This document shows positions 38,755 through 48,333 of a stretch of DNA of 64,000 nt, one piece after another. The stretch is from an uncultured Coprobacillus sp. GTDB taxonomy: Bacteria; Bacillota_I; Bacilli_A; ML615J-28; CAG-698. Every line of letters begins with the position of its first letter. Position 1 is the stretch's first letter. The stretch is from the NCBI GenBank assembly GCA_964385755.1, contig CAYLPZ010000002.1:8302-72301 (forward strand), in the 5' to 3' direction. Made by a program: the position numbers and the translations under genes. A model generated the notes under the pieces. That model had not been told where the DNA came from. It ran no database searches and saw only the letters and a list, made by a program, of their open reading frames with translations.

Positions 38755-40947
38755 ATGGGTTGGCAAATTGCAATTGACGGTCCTGCAGCAAGCGGAAAAA
38801 GTACGATTTCAAAAATTATTGCAAAAAATCTAGGTTTTGAGTACTTAGACACTGGTGCAATGTATCGTGCAATTACATTAAAAGCATTAAGGCTTAATAT
38901 CGACATTGAAAATGAAGATGAGTATACATTCTTAGATGATACAACACTTGATTTTGTCGATGATAAGTTATTAATGGATGGAGAAGATGTTTCTAAAGAA
39001 ATTAGATCTTTAGAAGTTACAAACAATGTATCGGCATCATGTAAACTAAAATGTGTTCGTGACTCTTTAGTTGCCTTACAACGTAAAATAGCAAGTGAGA
39101 AGAATATTATTTTAGATGGTCGTGATATTGGTACTGTTGTGCTTCCTAATGCCAATTTAAAAATATTCCTTTCAGCAAGTTCTAAAGTTCGTGCACAAAG
39201 AAGAATGAAAGAACGTGAAGAAAGTGGAATCTTTCTATCTTTAGAGGAAACAATTAAAGAGATTGATGCTAGAGATTATAAAGATAGTCACCGAGAAATC
39301 GGTCCTTTAACACAAGCTGATGATGCAATTTTTATTGACACATCAGAGTTTACAATTGAAGAAGTGGTCGAAAGGATCACAAGATTAGTTTTGGAAAGAG
39401 GTTACAGAATGGAAAATTTAGAACAAAAAGTAAACATTGAAAGCCAAGAAGAGGCAAAAGACGAAGAAGTTCAAGTTGAAGAATCACAAGTTGAAGAAGT
39501 TCAAGCTGAAGAAGTTCAAGCTGAAGAGGATCAACAAGAAGAAAAAGCTACTTACAAAGAAATGCAAATCGTTGAAGGAACTGTTGTGGAAGTTCAAGAA
39601 GCTCAACCTGCAAATGAAAGAAGAAACATTAAAGCAAAAGAAGAAAGAGTGTTATTTGAACTTGCTGATGGACAAGAAGGATTCTTATTCCGTAAAGATT
39701 GTGCAGATATCGCTGATGATGAAGATTTATTTGACAAATTCATCCCTGGTGATGTTGTTAAATTAGCTATTAAAAAGATCTTCCCTGATGGTGGAAAATT
39801 CATTTTCTCAACTTTATTAGTTGAAAAACATGATAAACTAGTTGAATTTGAAAACACTATTAAAGATCGTCCTATTATCACTTGTAAGGTTATTAAACCT
39901 GTTGCTGATTTTGGTTTATTAATGAAATATGAAGATTTCACATGTTTACTACCAACACAACTTGCTACTGAGCCAAAAGAAGAATTTGAATCATTAGTTG
40001 GAAAAGAATTAGAAGTAGTTCCAATCCGCGTTGATTTATCAAGAATTCGTATTATTGTTTCTCAAGCTCATGCACAAAAGAAAAAAGAAAAAGCTGAACG
40101 TAAAGAATTTGTTAATCAAATTCAAGTTGGACAAGTTTATGATGGCGTAGTAAAAAATATTGAAAAATATGGCGCATTCGTTGAAATTTATCCTGGAGTT
40201 GAAGGCTTATTACATATTTCTGAATTAGATCATGTTAGAGTTGCAAAAGTTGAAAAAGTTCTAAATTCTGGCGATTCTGTAAAAGTACAAGTTATAACTG
40301 TTGAAAAAGATCATATCGGTCTTTCTCGTAAAGCATTACTTCCTAACCATTGGGCAAATTATTTCGCTGAAAAACAAATCGGTGATGTAGTTACTGGTAA
40401 GGTTTTAGAAATAAATAAAGCTGGTGTACGTGTAAACTTAGCTGAAGAAATCGAAGGTTTCGTACCAAAGAGTGAATATTCTTGGGATCGTGAAGCTCAA
40501 ATTGAAGATTCTGTTGAAGTTGGCGCAGAAATTACAGGTAAATTAATCGAAGTTGAAAAATCTAAACGTCGTATTATTATTTCTGTTAAACAGCTTTCTT
40601 CTAATCCATGGGATGAAGTTAAAGTAGCTGTTGGTGATACTTTAGAAGTTAAAGTTTCAAAAGCTTTAGAAGATGGCTTCCGCGTTGAATATGAAGGATT
40701 AAAAGGCTATATGGCTAAAGGTGCTTTACCAAAAGCTGTTGCATTCGATTCTGTTAAAGAAGGCGATACACTTAAAGTAAAAGTTCGCGTATTTGATGCT
40801 GCAAAACAAAGATTCACAGTATCTATGAGAGATGCTGAAGAACCAAAAGTTGAAAAAGAAAGCTATGCTAAATATATGAAATCAAGCGATAAACCAAGCA
40901 ATACTTTTGGTGATTATCTACAAAACTTTAATAAAAACGATAAATAA
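38755..40947 (+). CDS. In-frame fusion of cytidylate kinase (N-terminal) and 30S ribosomal protein S1 (four S1 domains)
   Basis: Residues 1 to about 220: Cmk (…IAIDGPAASGKSTI…DTGAMYRA…DGRDIGTVVLPNA…). A repetitive acidic linker (EEVQA)n follows, encoded by a 15-bp tandem repeat at 39465-39530. The C-terminal S1-domain array includes …GQVYDGVVKNIEKYGAFVEI…GLLHISE…. The frame is continuous across 730 aa. Confidence 0.85.
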   Translation: MGWQIAIDGPAASGKSTISKIIAKNLGFEYLDTGAMYRAITLKALRLNIDIENEDEYTFLDDTTLDFVDDKLLMDGEDVSKEIRSLEVTNNVSASCKLKCVRDSLVALQRKIASEKNIILDGRDIGTVVLPNANLKIFLSASSKVRAQRRMKEREESGIFLSLEETIKEIDARDYKDSHREIGPLTQADDAIFIDTSEFTIEEVVERITRLVLERGYRMENLEQKVNIESQEEAKDEEVQVEESQVEEVQAEEVQAEEDQQEEKATYKEMQIVEGTVVEVQEAQPANERRNIKAKEERVLFELADGQEGFLFRKDCADIADDEDLFDKFIPGDVVKLAIKKIFPDGGKFIFSTLLVEKHDKLVEFENTIKDRPIITCKVIKPVADFGLLMKYEDFTCLLPTQLATEPKEEFESLVGKELEVVPIRVDLSRIRIIVSQAHAQKKKEKAERKEFVNQIQVGQVYDGVVKNIEKYGAFVEIYPGVEGLLHISELDHVRVAKVEKVLNSGDSVKVQVITVEKDHIGLSRKALLPNHWANYFAEKQIGDVVTGKVLEINKAGVRVNLAEEIEGFVPKSEYSWDREAQIEDSVEVGAEITGKLIEVEKSKRRIIISVKQLSSNPWDEVKVAVGDTLEVKVSKALEDGFRVEYEGLKGYMAKGALPKAVAFDSVKEGDTLKVKVRVFDAAKQRFTVSMRDAEEPKVEKESYAKYMKSSDKPSNTFGDYLQNFNKNDK

Positions 40948-40959
40948 GAGGTTCTCATC

Positions 40960-42279
40960 GTGCGTGGAGTTGTAGCTATAGTTGGAAGACCTAACGTCGG
41001 CAAGTCAAGTTTATTTAATCGTATTGTTGGCGAAAGAAAGTCTATTACAGATGACATTAGTGGCATTACTCGTGATCGTATCTATGCTAAAGCTTCATGG
41101 TTAAATCAAGATCTTCGAATAATCGATACAGGAGGGATCATCTTAAAAGATGAGCCCTTTTCTAAGGAAATTCGAGCACAAGCTTATTTAGCAATTGATG
41201 AAGCAGATGTAATAGTTATGGTTGTTGATGTCCGCAATGGTATTACAGTACAAGATGAGGATGTTTTCGGTATTTTAGTTAAATCTGGAAAACCAATCAT
41301 CGTTGCCGCAAACAAAGTTGATGATAATTCATTTATGGATACAATATATGATTTCTATTCTCTTGGTTGCGAATGTGTTATGCCAGTAAGTGCTCTTCAT
41401 GGCATTGGTGTTGGTGATTTACTTGATAAAGTAATTGAATTAATGCCAGAACAAAAAAAACCAAATATTGAAGATGGTAGCATAAGATTTTGTTTAATAG
41501 GTCAACCAAATGTTGGTAAGAGTACTCTTGCTAATAGTATTATCGGTGAAAATCGATCTATTATTAGTAATATTCCTGGTACAACAAGAGATGCAATTGA
41601 CACTACATTTACAAGAAATGGTAAGAAATATGTAGTAGTAGATACTGCAGGAATTCGTAAACAAGGAAAAATCTACGAAAATGCTGAAAAATATAGTGTT
41701 TTACGTGCCTTAAAAGCCTTGGAAAGAACTGATATTGCGGTACTAGTTATTGATGGTACTTGTGAATTAAATGAACAAGATAAAAGAATTGCAGGTTATG
41801 CAAGAGAACTTAATAGACCTATGATTATTGTAGTTAATAAATGGGATATAGTTAGCAAAGATGATAAAACAATGAAAAAAATAACTGAAAAGATTAAAAC
41901 ACAAATGCCTTTTTTAGACTTTGCACCAATAATCTTCCTCTCAGCAATCTCATCATCTCGTGTATATAAACTACTTGATCAAATTGATTTTGTCTATGAA
42001 AATTACAATCGAAGAGTAAGTACAAGTGTATTAAATGATATCCTTACAGATGCATTAATTTTAAATCAACCACCTATCTTTAATGGTAATAGACTTAAAA
42101 TTAATTACGCAACTCAAGAAAGTACTGCTCCTCCATCATTTGTTTTATTTGTAAATGATGAACGACACATGCATTTTTCATATCTTCGTTATTTAGAAAA
42201 TTCAATTAGACAAAACTTTGAATTTACTGGTACACCAATTAAATTTACTTTAAGAAAAAAAGATATTGAAGATTTATAA
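40960..42279 (+). CDS. der: Ribosome-biogenesis GTPase Der (EngA), tandem G-domains plus KH-like domain
   Basis: Two G-domains (GRPNVGKSSLFN and GQPNVGKSTLAN). GTG start. Confidence 0.9.
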   Translation: MRGVVAIVGRPNVGKSSLFNRIVGERKSITDDISGITRDRIYAKASWLNQDLRIIDTGGIILKDEPFSKEIRAQAYLAIDEADVIVMVVDVRNGITVQDEDVFGILVKSGKPIIVAANKVDDNSFMDTIYDFYSLGCECVMPVSALHGIGVGDLLDKVIELMPEQKKPNIEDGSIRFCLIGQPNVGKSTLANSIIGENRSIISNIPGTTRDAIDTTFTRNGKKYVVVDTAGIRKQGKIYENAEKYSVLRALKALERTDIAVLVIDGTCELNEQDKRIAGYARELNRPMIIVVNKWDIVSKDDKTMKKITEKIKTQMPFLDFAPIIFLSAISSSRVYKLLDQIDFVYENYNRRVSTSVLNDILTDALILNQPPIFNGNRLKINYATQESTAPPSFVLFVNDERHMHFSYLRYLENSIRQNFEFTGTPIKFTLRKKDIEDL

Positions 42280-42288
42280 GAAACATAA

Positions 42289-42326
42289 TTGTCACCTTTG
42301 CATATATTAATGTGAGGTGACTTTTT
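42289..42326 (+). terminator. Rho-independent terminator after der; its 3' arm doubles as the RBS of the next gene
   Basis: GTCACCT-N15-TGAGGTGAC plus TTTTTTT. Confidence 0.55.
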
Positions 42327-42563
42327 TTGAACTTTGGAAATGTTTTTAAATTAATTTCTGACCATGATATAAATCCTGATGATGTCTTTCGATTAGTTGA
42401 AAAGGTAAAAACAATGGATATGAAAAATGAAGGTAATGTACGTTCATTAATACATGATGTAAGTAGGATTGCAAAGAAGGAAATATCAAAAGAAAAAGAA
42501 GATAAACTAGTTAGAAAAATATTAAACGATGGAATTAATGATGATGTGTTAAACATGATATAA
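42327..42563 (+). CDS. Stage VI sporulation protein F-like (SpoVIF family)
   Basis: …NEGNVRSLIHDVSRIAKKEISKEKEDKLVRKIL… matches the pattern I recall for B. subtilis SpoVIF (…TVRSVI…VS.LA….V.KE.ED.IV…). TTG start. Confidence 0.45.
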   Translation: MNFGNVFKLISDHDINPDDVFRLVEKVKTMDMKNEGNVRSLIHDVSRIAKKEISKEKEDKLVRKILNDGINDDVLNMI

Positions 42564-42650
42564 AGCTAAGGATTATCTTAGCTTTTTATTTTTTTAGTCA
42601 TTTTTATTAATTAAATACATATAATTAACTAGAAAGAATGGAGAGGTATT

Positions 42651-44117
42651 ATGAATAATGTAATTCGCGACGTTGTTTTTAGAACAAATGGAGAACTTTA
42701 TATTGGTGTAGTTGGTTCTGTTAGAACAGGAAAATCAAGTTTCATCAGAAAGTTTATTGAAACAAAAGTATCGCCTTATATTGATGATGAAAATTTAAAA
42801 AACAAACTTATCGATGATTTACCTCAAAGCAGTGATGGCAAAACAATTATGACCGTTGAACCTAAGTTTGTTCCCTCAAATCCAATCAATATTAATGTAG
42901 GCGAAGATTTAAATTTGAATATTAGACTTGTTGATTGTGTTGGCTATGTTATTCCATCAGCTAAAGGTTATTTGTTAGAAGATGGAAGTCCTCGTCTTGT
43001 GAAAACTCCTTGGAAAGAAGAAGAAATTCCATTTCAAGAAGCAGCTAACTTAGGTACAAAAAAGGTAATTGAAAATCATAGTCATATAGGAATTGTATTA
43101 ACTAGTGATGGATCATTTGGTGAATTTACTAGAGATGAGTATGAACTAGTTGAAGAAAAAATTGTTAATGAGATGAAAGATTTACAAAAACCATTCGTAA
43201 TTGTCTTAAACACAAAAGATCCTTTATCAGATAATAGTAAAGAATTAGCCATTTATATTAAAAATAAATATGACGTTGAAACTGTAGCAATTAATGCACT
43301 TACTATGACTGACGAGGATATTAATGAGATATTACGCAAGGCCTTATCAGAATTTGATATTTCAAAGTTAGAACTAAATGTTCCTGTTTGGTTATCAAAC
43401 TTAGACTCTAGTATAAAGATTAAAAAAGAATATAATGAGTTACTTGATGTTGTAACAACAAATTATCGAAAATTTAAACAAGTAGAAATGATGGTTGATT
43501 ATATTTCAACTAGTAGACTATTTGCGAAAGTGAATATCACTAATTTAGATGCAGGTTCTGGTTTTGTATCATGTGAATTACAAACAAAAGATGAACTATT
43601 TGATGAAGTGTTAGAAGAACTACTAGGTGATATTATTGATGACAAAGCACGATTCATCGAGTTTATTCAAACTAGTATAAATGCGCAAAAAATTTATAAT
43701 CATTACAAAGATGCTATTGAAGAAGCACAACAAACTGGTTATGGCATCAGTGTTCCTTTAGTAGAAGAAATGGAACTTGATGTTCCACAAATCTTAAAAC
43801 AAGGAAATAGATATGGTATAAAAATAAATGCGAAAGCACCATCACTACATATAATTAAGGTCGATGTTACATCTTCATTTGAGCCAATTATTGGAACAGA
43901 AGACCAAGCAAGAATATTACTTGATGAGCTTGAAAACGAAGAAGAAAGTTCAATTTGGGATACACAAGTCTTTGGAAGAAAGTTATCTGATGTTGTAAAT
44001 GATGGCATTAGAAGCAAATTATTACAATTAAAAGACCAAGATAAACAAAAATTCAAAGAAAGTTTAGAAAAAGTAATTAATAGCGGAAGAGGCGGAATGA
44101 TTACAATTCTATTATAG
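42651..44117 (+). CDS. spoIVA: Stage IV sporulation protein A (spore-coat basement-layer ATPase)
   Basis: N-terminus …GELYIGVVGSVRTGKSSFIRKFIE… is the SpoIVA Walker A region. Full length 488 aa, and hbs follows as in Bacillus. Confidence 0.85.
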   Translation: MNNVIRDVVFRTNGELYIGVVGSVRTGKSSFIRKFIETKVSPYIDDENLKNKLIDDLPQSSDGKTIMTVEPKFVPSNPININVGEDLNLNIRLVDCVGYVIPSAKGYLLEDGSPRLVKTPWKEEEIPFQEAANLGTKKVIENHSHIGIVLTSDGSFGEFTRDEYELVEEKIVNEMKDLQKPFVIVLNTKDPLSDNSKELAIYIKNKYDVETVAINALTMTDEDINEILRKALSEFDISKLELNVPVWLSNLDSSIKIKKEYNELLDVVTTNYRKFKQVEMMVDYISTSRLFAKVNITNLDAGSGFVSCELQTKDELFDEVLEELLGDIIDDKARFIEFIQTSINAQKIYNHYKDAIEEAQQTGYGISVPLVEEMELDVPQILKQGNRYGIKINAKAPSLHIIKVDVTSSFEPIIGTEDQARILLDELENEEESSIWDTQVFGRKLSDVVNDGIRSKLLQLKDQDKQKFKESLEKVINSGRGGMITILL

Positions 44118-44205
44118 ATAATAAACAATACTTTTAGTGATAAATTTACTAAAAGTATTATTTTATTTTTAATCTTATGATAAAATAAATGTGAGGTATA
44201 TTTAT

Positions 44206-44499
44206 ATGGCAAACAAAAAATCAATTATAAAAGAAATATCAAGAAAAACTGAGATTACACAAAATGATGTTCAAAAAGTGCTAGAAACATTTACTGAGTT
44301 ATTAATAGATGAAATAAAGAATTGTGATACAGTAAAATTACTAAACATTGGAACAATAACTAAAACAAAGATTTTTCCAAAAAATCAATTCTCACCAATT
44401 GATGGAAGCACATTAAACACTAAATCATACTACAGAATTACATTTAGTGCATCATCTACTTTAAGAAATTGTTTGAAAGAAGAAAATAATAAAAAATAG
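44206..44499 (+). CDS. HU/IHF-family nucleoid protein (divergent)
   Basis: MANKKSIIKEISRKTEITQNDVQKVLETFTELLIDEI… is an HU-like N-terminal helix pair. The arm region is divergent. Position downstream of spoIVA matches hbs. Confidence 0.5.
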   Translation: MANKKSIIKEISRKTEITQNDVQKVLETFTELLIDEIKNCDTVKLLNIGTITKTKIFPKNQFSPIDGSTLNTKSYYRITFSASSTLRNCLKEENNKK

Positions 44500-44532
44500 C
44501 ATAAATAAATAACATTAATAATATATTTTAAT

Positions 44533-44991
44533 ATGAAGAATAAAAACAAAAATATATTATTAATTATTATATTGACATTTGTCTTTTCAACTATTTTTAT
44601 TGTAAGTACATCAAAAAAAGAAAATGAATATGTTAAAATCGTATTTTCTGAAGAAGAAATAGTAGAAGATGTCACAAATATTTATTTATTAGATGATAAT
44701 GAAGAAATATGTAGTGTATCTTACCCTGATAAATTAACAATAGATCAAATATTATTACTATACACCCAGAAAATAAATTATTTTCCTAATGCTCATAGCC
44801 CATTATTACTGCCTACACAGTGTACTTATGAGACTAGAAAAGAAACTATAACGATAAAACTAGATAAATGTTCAAACAAAGTAAATGTTGATAAATTATT
44901 AACATGTTTTGAAAAAACATTTAAAGAATTTAATTTTAATACAATTGATTTGCTTATTGGTAAAGCTTTTTATAATAAAAAAATAAAGTAA
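44533..44991 (+). CDS. Hypothetical exported protein
   Basis: N-terminal signal/anchor (…ILLIIILTFVFSTIFIVSTS…). No family recognised. Confidence 0.35.
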   Translation: MKNKNKNILLIIILTFVFSTIFIVSTSKKENEYVKIVFSEEEIVEDVTNIYLLDDNEEICSVSYPDKLTIDQILLLYTQKINYFPNAHSPLLLPTQCTYETRKETITIKLDKCSNKVNVDKLLTCFEKTFKEFNFNTIDLLIGKAFYNKKIK

Positions 44992-45031
44992 CTCATTTAT
45001 GAAATGTAATTCATTTTGAGTTACTTTTTTA
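44986..45031. terminator. Bidirectional terminator
   Basis: AAGTAACTCA-N20-TGAGTTACTT plus TTTTTATTT. Confidence 0.6.
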
Positions 45032-45039
45032 TTTATTAA

Positions 45040-45590
45040 TTATTCTAATAACCAATCTATTAAATTCATCACTTCGATACCATTATAATTTCCTATTGTA
45101 AATTTATCATTTGTAAGAATTGTTTTAGGATAATTATCTTGTATATTTTGTAGTGGTTTAATCTCACGCTCAAATGTTTCTTTTGATGTCATATTATCTG
45201 TTACTTGAAAATAATAATAACAATCATTTTTCTTGGCTACAAAATCAACTTCGATGGATCCAACTTTTCCGATGTTTACTTCGTATCCTCTACGTAGTAG
45301 CTCAAAATAAACGATATTTTCAAGTGAGAATCCTAAATCATAATTCTTTTTAGATATTAAATATCTTCTTAAAGCTAAATCAACTATGTAATATTTTTGA
45401 CTTGTTTTCATTAATTCTTTGCCATTGATGTCAAAAAAGTAAAACTGGATAAAAAATAAATGCTTCACAAAGTGCTTCTATATAATCTGATATTGTACTT
45501 TGTGACACTTTTCTTCCTGTAGAAGTTATATAGTCAGATATACTTTTAAATGAAATAGGATTACCTATACGTTCTATCATTTTTTCTCCT
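45040..45590 (-). pseudogene. 5'-truncated, frameshifted remnant of a COG1373/DUF4143 ATPase (C-terminal domain only)
   Basis: The 45040-45468 ORF (…ENIVYFELLRRGYEVNIGKVGSIEVDFVAKK…) carries the DUF4143 C-terminus. An upstream, out-of-frame segment (…ISDYITSTGRKVSQSTISDYIEALCEAF…) matches the middle of the family. The AAA domain is absent. Confidence 0.5.
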
Positions 45591-45617
45591 TTTTATATTA
45601 TTATATTTGTTTTTTAA

Positions 45618-45713
45618 TTTGTCAAATAAAAATCCCGAAATCGGGAATTATTTATAATTATTTACAAAAAATCCCGAAATCGGGAATTATTTACAATTAT
45701 TTTAAAAAAATCC
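45618..45713. repeat. Tandem 39-bp repeat (2.5 copies), each carrying the GC-rich palindrome TCCCGAAATCGGGA
   Basis: AAAAATCCCGAAATCGGGAATTATTTA(T/C)AATTATTTAC occurs twice, followed by a decayed third copy. Conspicuous in a 30% GC genome. Confidence 0.6.
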
Positions 45714-45963
45714 CCAAATATTTATTTTATAATTAGAAGTATTATTTAATAGTAACGCAGTAGAGACATTAAATTATCTAAAGAAAATACATGTTTCTGA
45801 AAATGGAGTATAGAAATATAATTTAAAGAGTTTTTTCTTTGAAATACCTCTTTTTTACTTCTATATTAAATAATTATCAAATTTGTTAAATACCAAAATG
45901 TTTCTTTTATTTTTTATTATTATTTGTTATAATTATTGTGCTTATATCGAAAGGAAGTTTTTT

Positions 45964-46563
45964 ATGAAAATATTACTTGCTTCAAATAATGCACATAAAG
46001 TAAAAGAACTAAAAGATTTACTTTGTGATGTTGAGATAATTACTCCTAAAGATCTTAATGATACTTTTGAAGTTATTGAAGATGGAAAAACATTAGAAGA
46101 AAATAGTTTTAAGAAAGCTTGTTATTATCATGAACATTACGATTATGATGTTGTTAGCGATGATACAGGCTTATTTTGTAACGGGTTAGATGGTATGCCA
46201 GGAATATATTCGGCTCGTTATGCTAGTTTAGGCTGTGACCATGAGTTTAGTTGTGATACTTTAAATCGTGAAAAGTTATTAAGAGAGTTACAAGGAAAAG
46301 ATCGAAATGCATACTTTAAAACTGTTATTTGTTTTTATGAAAAAAGTGGTAAAGTAAATTATTTTGAGGGTAAATGTGTAGGTAGAATACTAGAAAAAGA
46401 AGAAGGCGAAAATGGGTTTGGTTATGATGTTTTATTTTATTCTTATGATCTTAATAAAACTTTTGGCACCGCAACAGAAGAAGAAAAAAATATGGTTTCT
46501 CACCGCTTTAAAGCTTCAAATAAATTAAAAGAGTATATTAATTTATTAAATAACAATAAGTAA
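45964..46563 (+). CDS. rdgB: Non-canonical purine NTP pyrophosphatase (RdgB/Ham1 family)
   Basis: MKILLASNNAHKVKELK… Ham1 signature. Internal Met chosen over the AT-rich 45883 start. Confidence 0.8.
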   Translation: MKILLASNNAHKVKELKDLLCDVEIITPKDLNDTFEVIEDGKTLEENSFKKACYYHEHYDYDVVSDDTGLFCNGLDGMPGIYSARYASLGCDHEFSCDTLNREKLLRELQGKDRNAYFKTVICFYEKSGKVNYFEGKCVGRILEKEEGENGFGYDVLFYSYDLNKTFGTATEEEKNMVSHRFKASNKLKEYINLLNNNK

Positions 46564-46671
46564 ATTATATTTTTTAATAAAAATATTCCTTTTTTGTAAA
46601 AAAATATTGATTTATTGATTAATTAGTGGTATACTTTATAAGGATTTTATGAGTAGAAGGGAGGGACAATG

Positions 46672-46857
46672 ATGCCAAAAACTATAGTTAGAGAAAATGA
46701 AACAATTGAAGATACTCTTAAGCGCTTTAAGAGAGACGTATCTCGTAGTGGAACCCTTCAAGAAGCTCGTAAAAGAGAACATTTCTTAAAACCATCTGAT
46801 ATTAAGAAAATGAAAAAAAGAGCTATGAAGAAAAACAAATATCAACATAATAATTAG
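46672..46857 (+). CDS. rpsU: 30S ribosomal protein S21
   Basis: [38 protein letters not shown]… is canonical S21. Confidence 0.85.
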   Translation: MPKTIVRENETIEDTLKRFKRDVSRSGTLQEARKREHFLKPSDIKKMKKRAMKKNKYQHNN

Positions 46858-46882
46858 TAATAATTAGTTGATATAATTAAAA

Positions 46883-46909
46883 ATTGGGTTTAAGCCCAAT
46901 TTTTTTGCA
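46883..46909 (+). terminator. Rho-independent terminator after rpsU
   Basis: AATTGGG-TTTAAG-CCCAATT plus TTTTTTT. Confidence 0.6.
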
Positions 46910-46921
46910 TATAATGTATCG

Positions 46922-47167
46922 GTGATTATTATTAAAAATACATTTAATTTTATAACTAAAATCGATAAAAACAAACTTGTTTATCAAGATAATAGTATTA
47001 CAGTAACATCATATAATAATATAAAATTACTTTCGTCTTCAAAAATTATCATAGACGACTATAATATTATTGGTCAAGATTTATTTATAAAAATGATGGA
47101 TGAATATAAAATTATTGTTTGTGGAGTGATTAATAGTGTTTCATTTATCAAACAAGAAAAACAATAA
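46922..47167 (+). CDS. yqfC: YqfC-like sporulation protein (YabP family)
   Basis: Small beta-rich protein in the position of B. subtilis yqfC (rpsU-yqfC-yqfD-phoH-ybeY). Composition is YabP-like. Confidence 0.45.
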   Translation: MIIIKNTFNFITKIDKNKLVYQDNSITVTSYNNIKLLSSSKIIIDDYNIIGQDLFIKMMDEYKIIVCGVINSVSFIKQEKQ

Positions 47168-48230
47168 ACAGAATAATAATTTTTATAATTATCATGTTGT
47201 AGAAAACGGTATTATTAATAATAATAGTATTATTGAAAATAATAGTATTATTAATAATAATACTAGAAAATATAACGTTAAAGCACAGGATGATTTAATT
47301 GAATATTATAGTTATCATAAACCTATGTCTACCTCATACACTGATCTTCGTAAAAATAGGATAAAATCAATAATTAATAAATATTTATTTTTCATAATTT
47401 CTTTGTGTTTATTCTGTTATTCATTTTGCTTTCTTGATAACATAATAGTAGAAATAGAAATAAAGAATAATGTATCTAATATTGATACAAGTATTGTGAC
47501 TTCTAAGCTAACTAAAATAGGACCAGTATATTATTTAAAAAACTCATTAACTAGTATAAAAGAACAAATTAAAGATGAAAATGATAATCTTATGTTCATT
47601 GAAATTGCAAAAGTAGGTACAAAGTTAGTTTTAACTGAGAATAATTATAATAATCCTAATTATACTAATAATAATAGTTATGATAATTTATATGCTAAAT
47701 ATGATGGCTTTGTTTTAAATTATTATGTTAGACAAGGTAAAATAATGATTCAAAACAATATGTATGTTAAAAAAGGTGATTTATTAATTTCGGGTTTAAT
47801 TACAGGTTATGTAGAGGATCAGTATATAAGTCCTAGTGGATATGTGATAGCACAAGTTGCAAATTATGAAACTATTGCTATTAATAAATCATATTTTGAT
47901 AATTCCAAAACTGGAAAAGTAAAAATTGTCAAAACTTTTTTCCCCAACAAAGTAAAGCCATCTTTTGATAATTACACAAAAAAAGAGGTTAAACTTTTTA
48001 GTTTTCTTCCTTTGTATAAAGTTTATTTATATGAAACTAATAATAAGAAAGTGAATATTACAAAAGAAGAAGCTAAAAATTTGGCAATTTCGAAAATTGA
48101 AAATAAGTATAACTTACTTTTTGAATATGATAATGAAAAAATTGTATCAATAAATTTAATAAATTGTTTTGAAAATAATGATACATTTTATGTTAAATAT
48201 TTAGTCAAAGTAAATATCAATATATGCTAA
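47136..48230 (+). CDS. yqfD: YqfD-like stage IV sporulation protein
   Basis: Transmembrane segment near the N-terminus. The …VKKGDLLISGLITG… motif matches the conserved YqfD block. Synteny with phoH. Confidence 0.55.
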   Translation: MFHLSNKKNNKQNNNFYNYHVVENGIINNNSIIENNSIINNNTRKYNVKAQDDLIEYYSYHKPMSTSYTDLRKNRIKSIINKYLFFIISLCLFCYSFCFLDNIIVEIEIKNNVSNIDTSIVTSKLTKIGPVYYLKNSLTSIKEQIKDENDNLMFIEIAKVGTKLVLTENNYNNPNYTNNNSYDNLYAKYDGFVLNYYVRQGKIMIQNNMYVKKGDLLISGLITGYVEDQYISPSGYVIAQVANYETIAINKSYFDNSKTGKVKIVKTFFPNKVKPSFDNYTKKEVKLFSFLPLYKVYLYETNNKKVNITKEEAKNLAISKIENKYNLLFEYDNEKIVSINLINCFENNDTFYVKYLVKVNINIC

Positions 48231-48333
48231 TGTTTTATGGTATAAAAGATTTATTTTTTTATAAATATCTATATAAAAAAATAATAAAAAATGGTACAAT
48301 AATATAAATGTATTTTCGTTAATTGAGGTAGTT

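Noticed and set aside
38700-39941. Three ORFs (151, 109 and 112 aa) overlapping or antisense to the cmk::rpsA gene
   Set aside because: Low-complexity translations (Lys- or Ser-rich) generated by the acidic GAA/GTT-rich linker and S1 coding sequence. No RBS. Spurious.
45883-45963. Upstream extension of rdgB (MLNTKMFLLFFIIICYNYCAYIERKFF…)
   Set aside because: Hydrophobic, AT-driven extension with no RBS. The conserved Ham1 N-terminus begins at the internal Met (MKILLASNNAHK) and is preceded by GAAAGGAAG.
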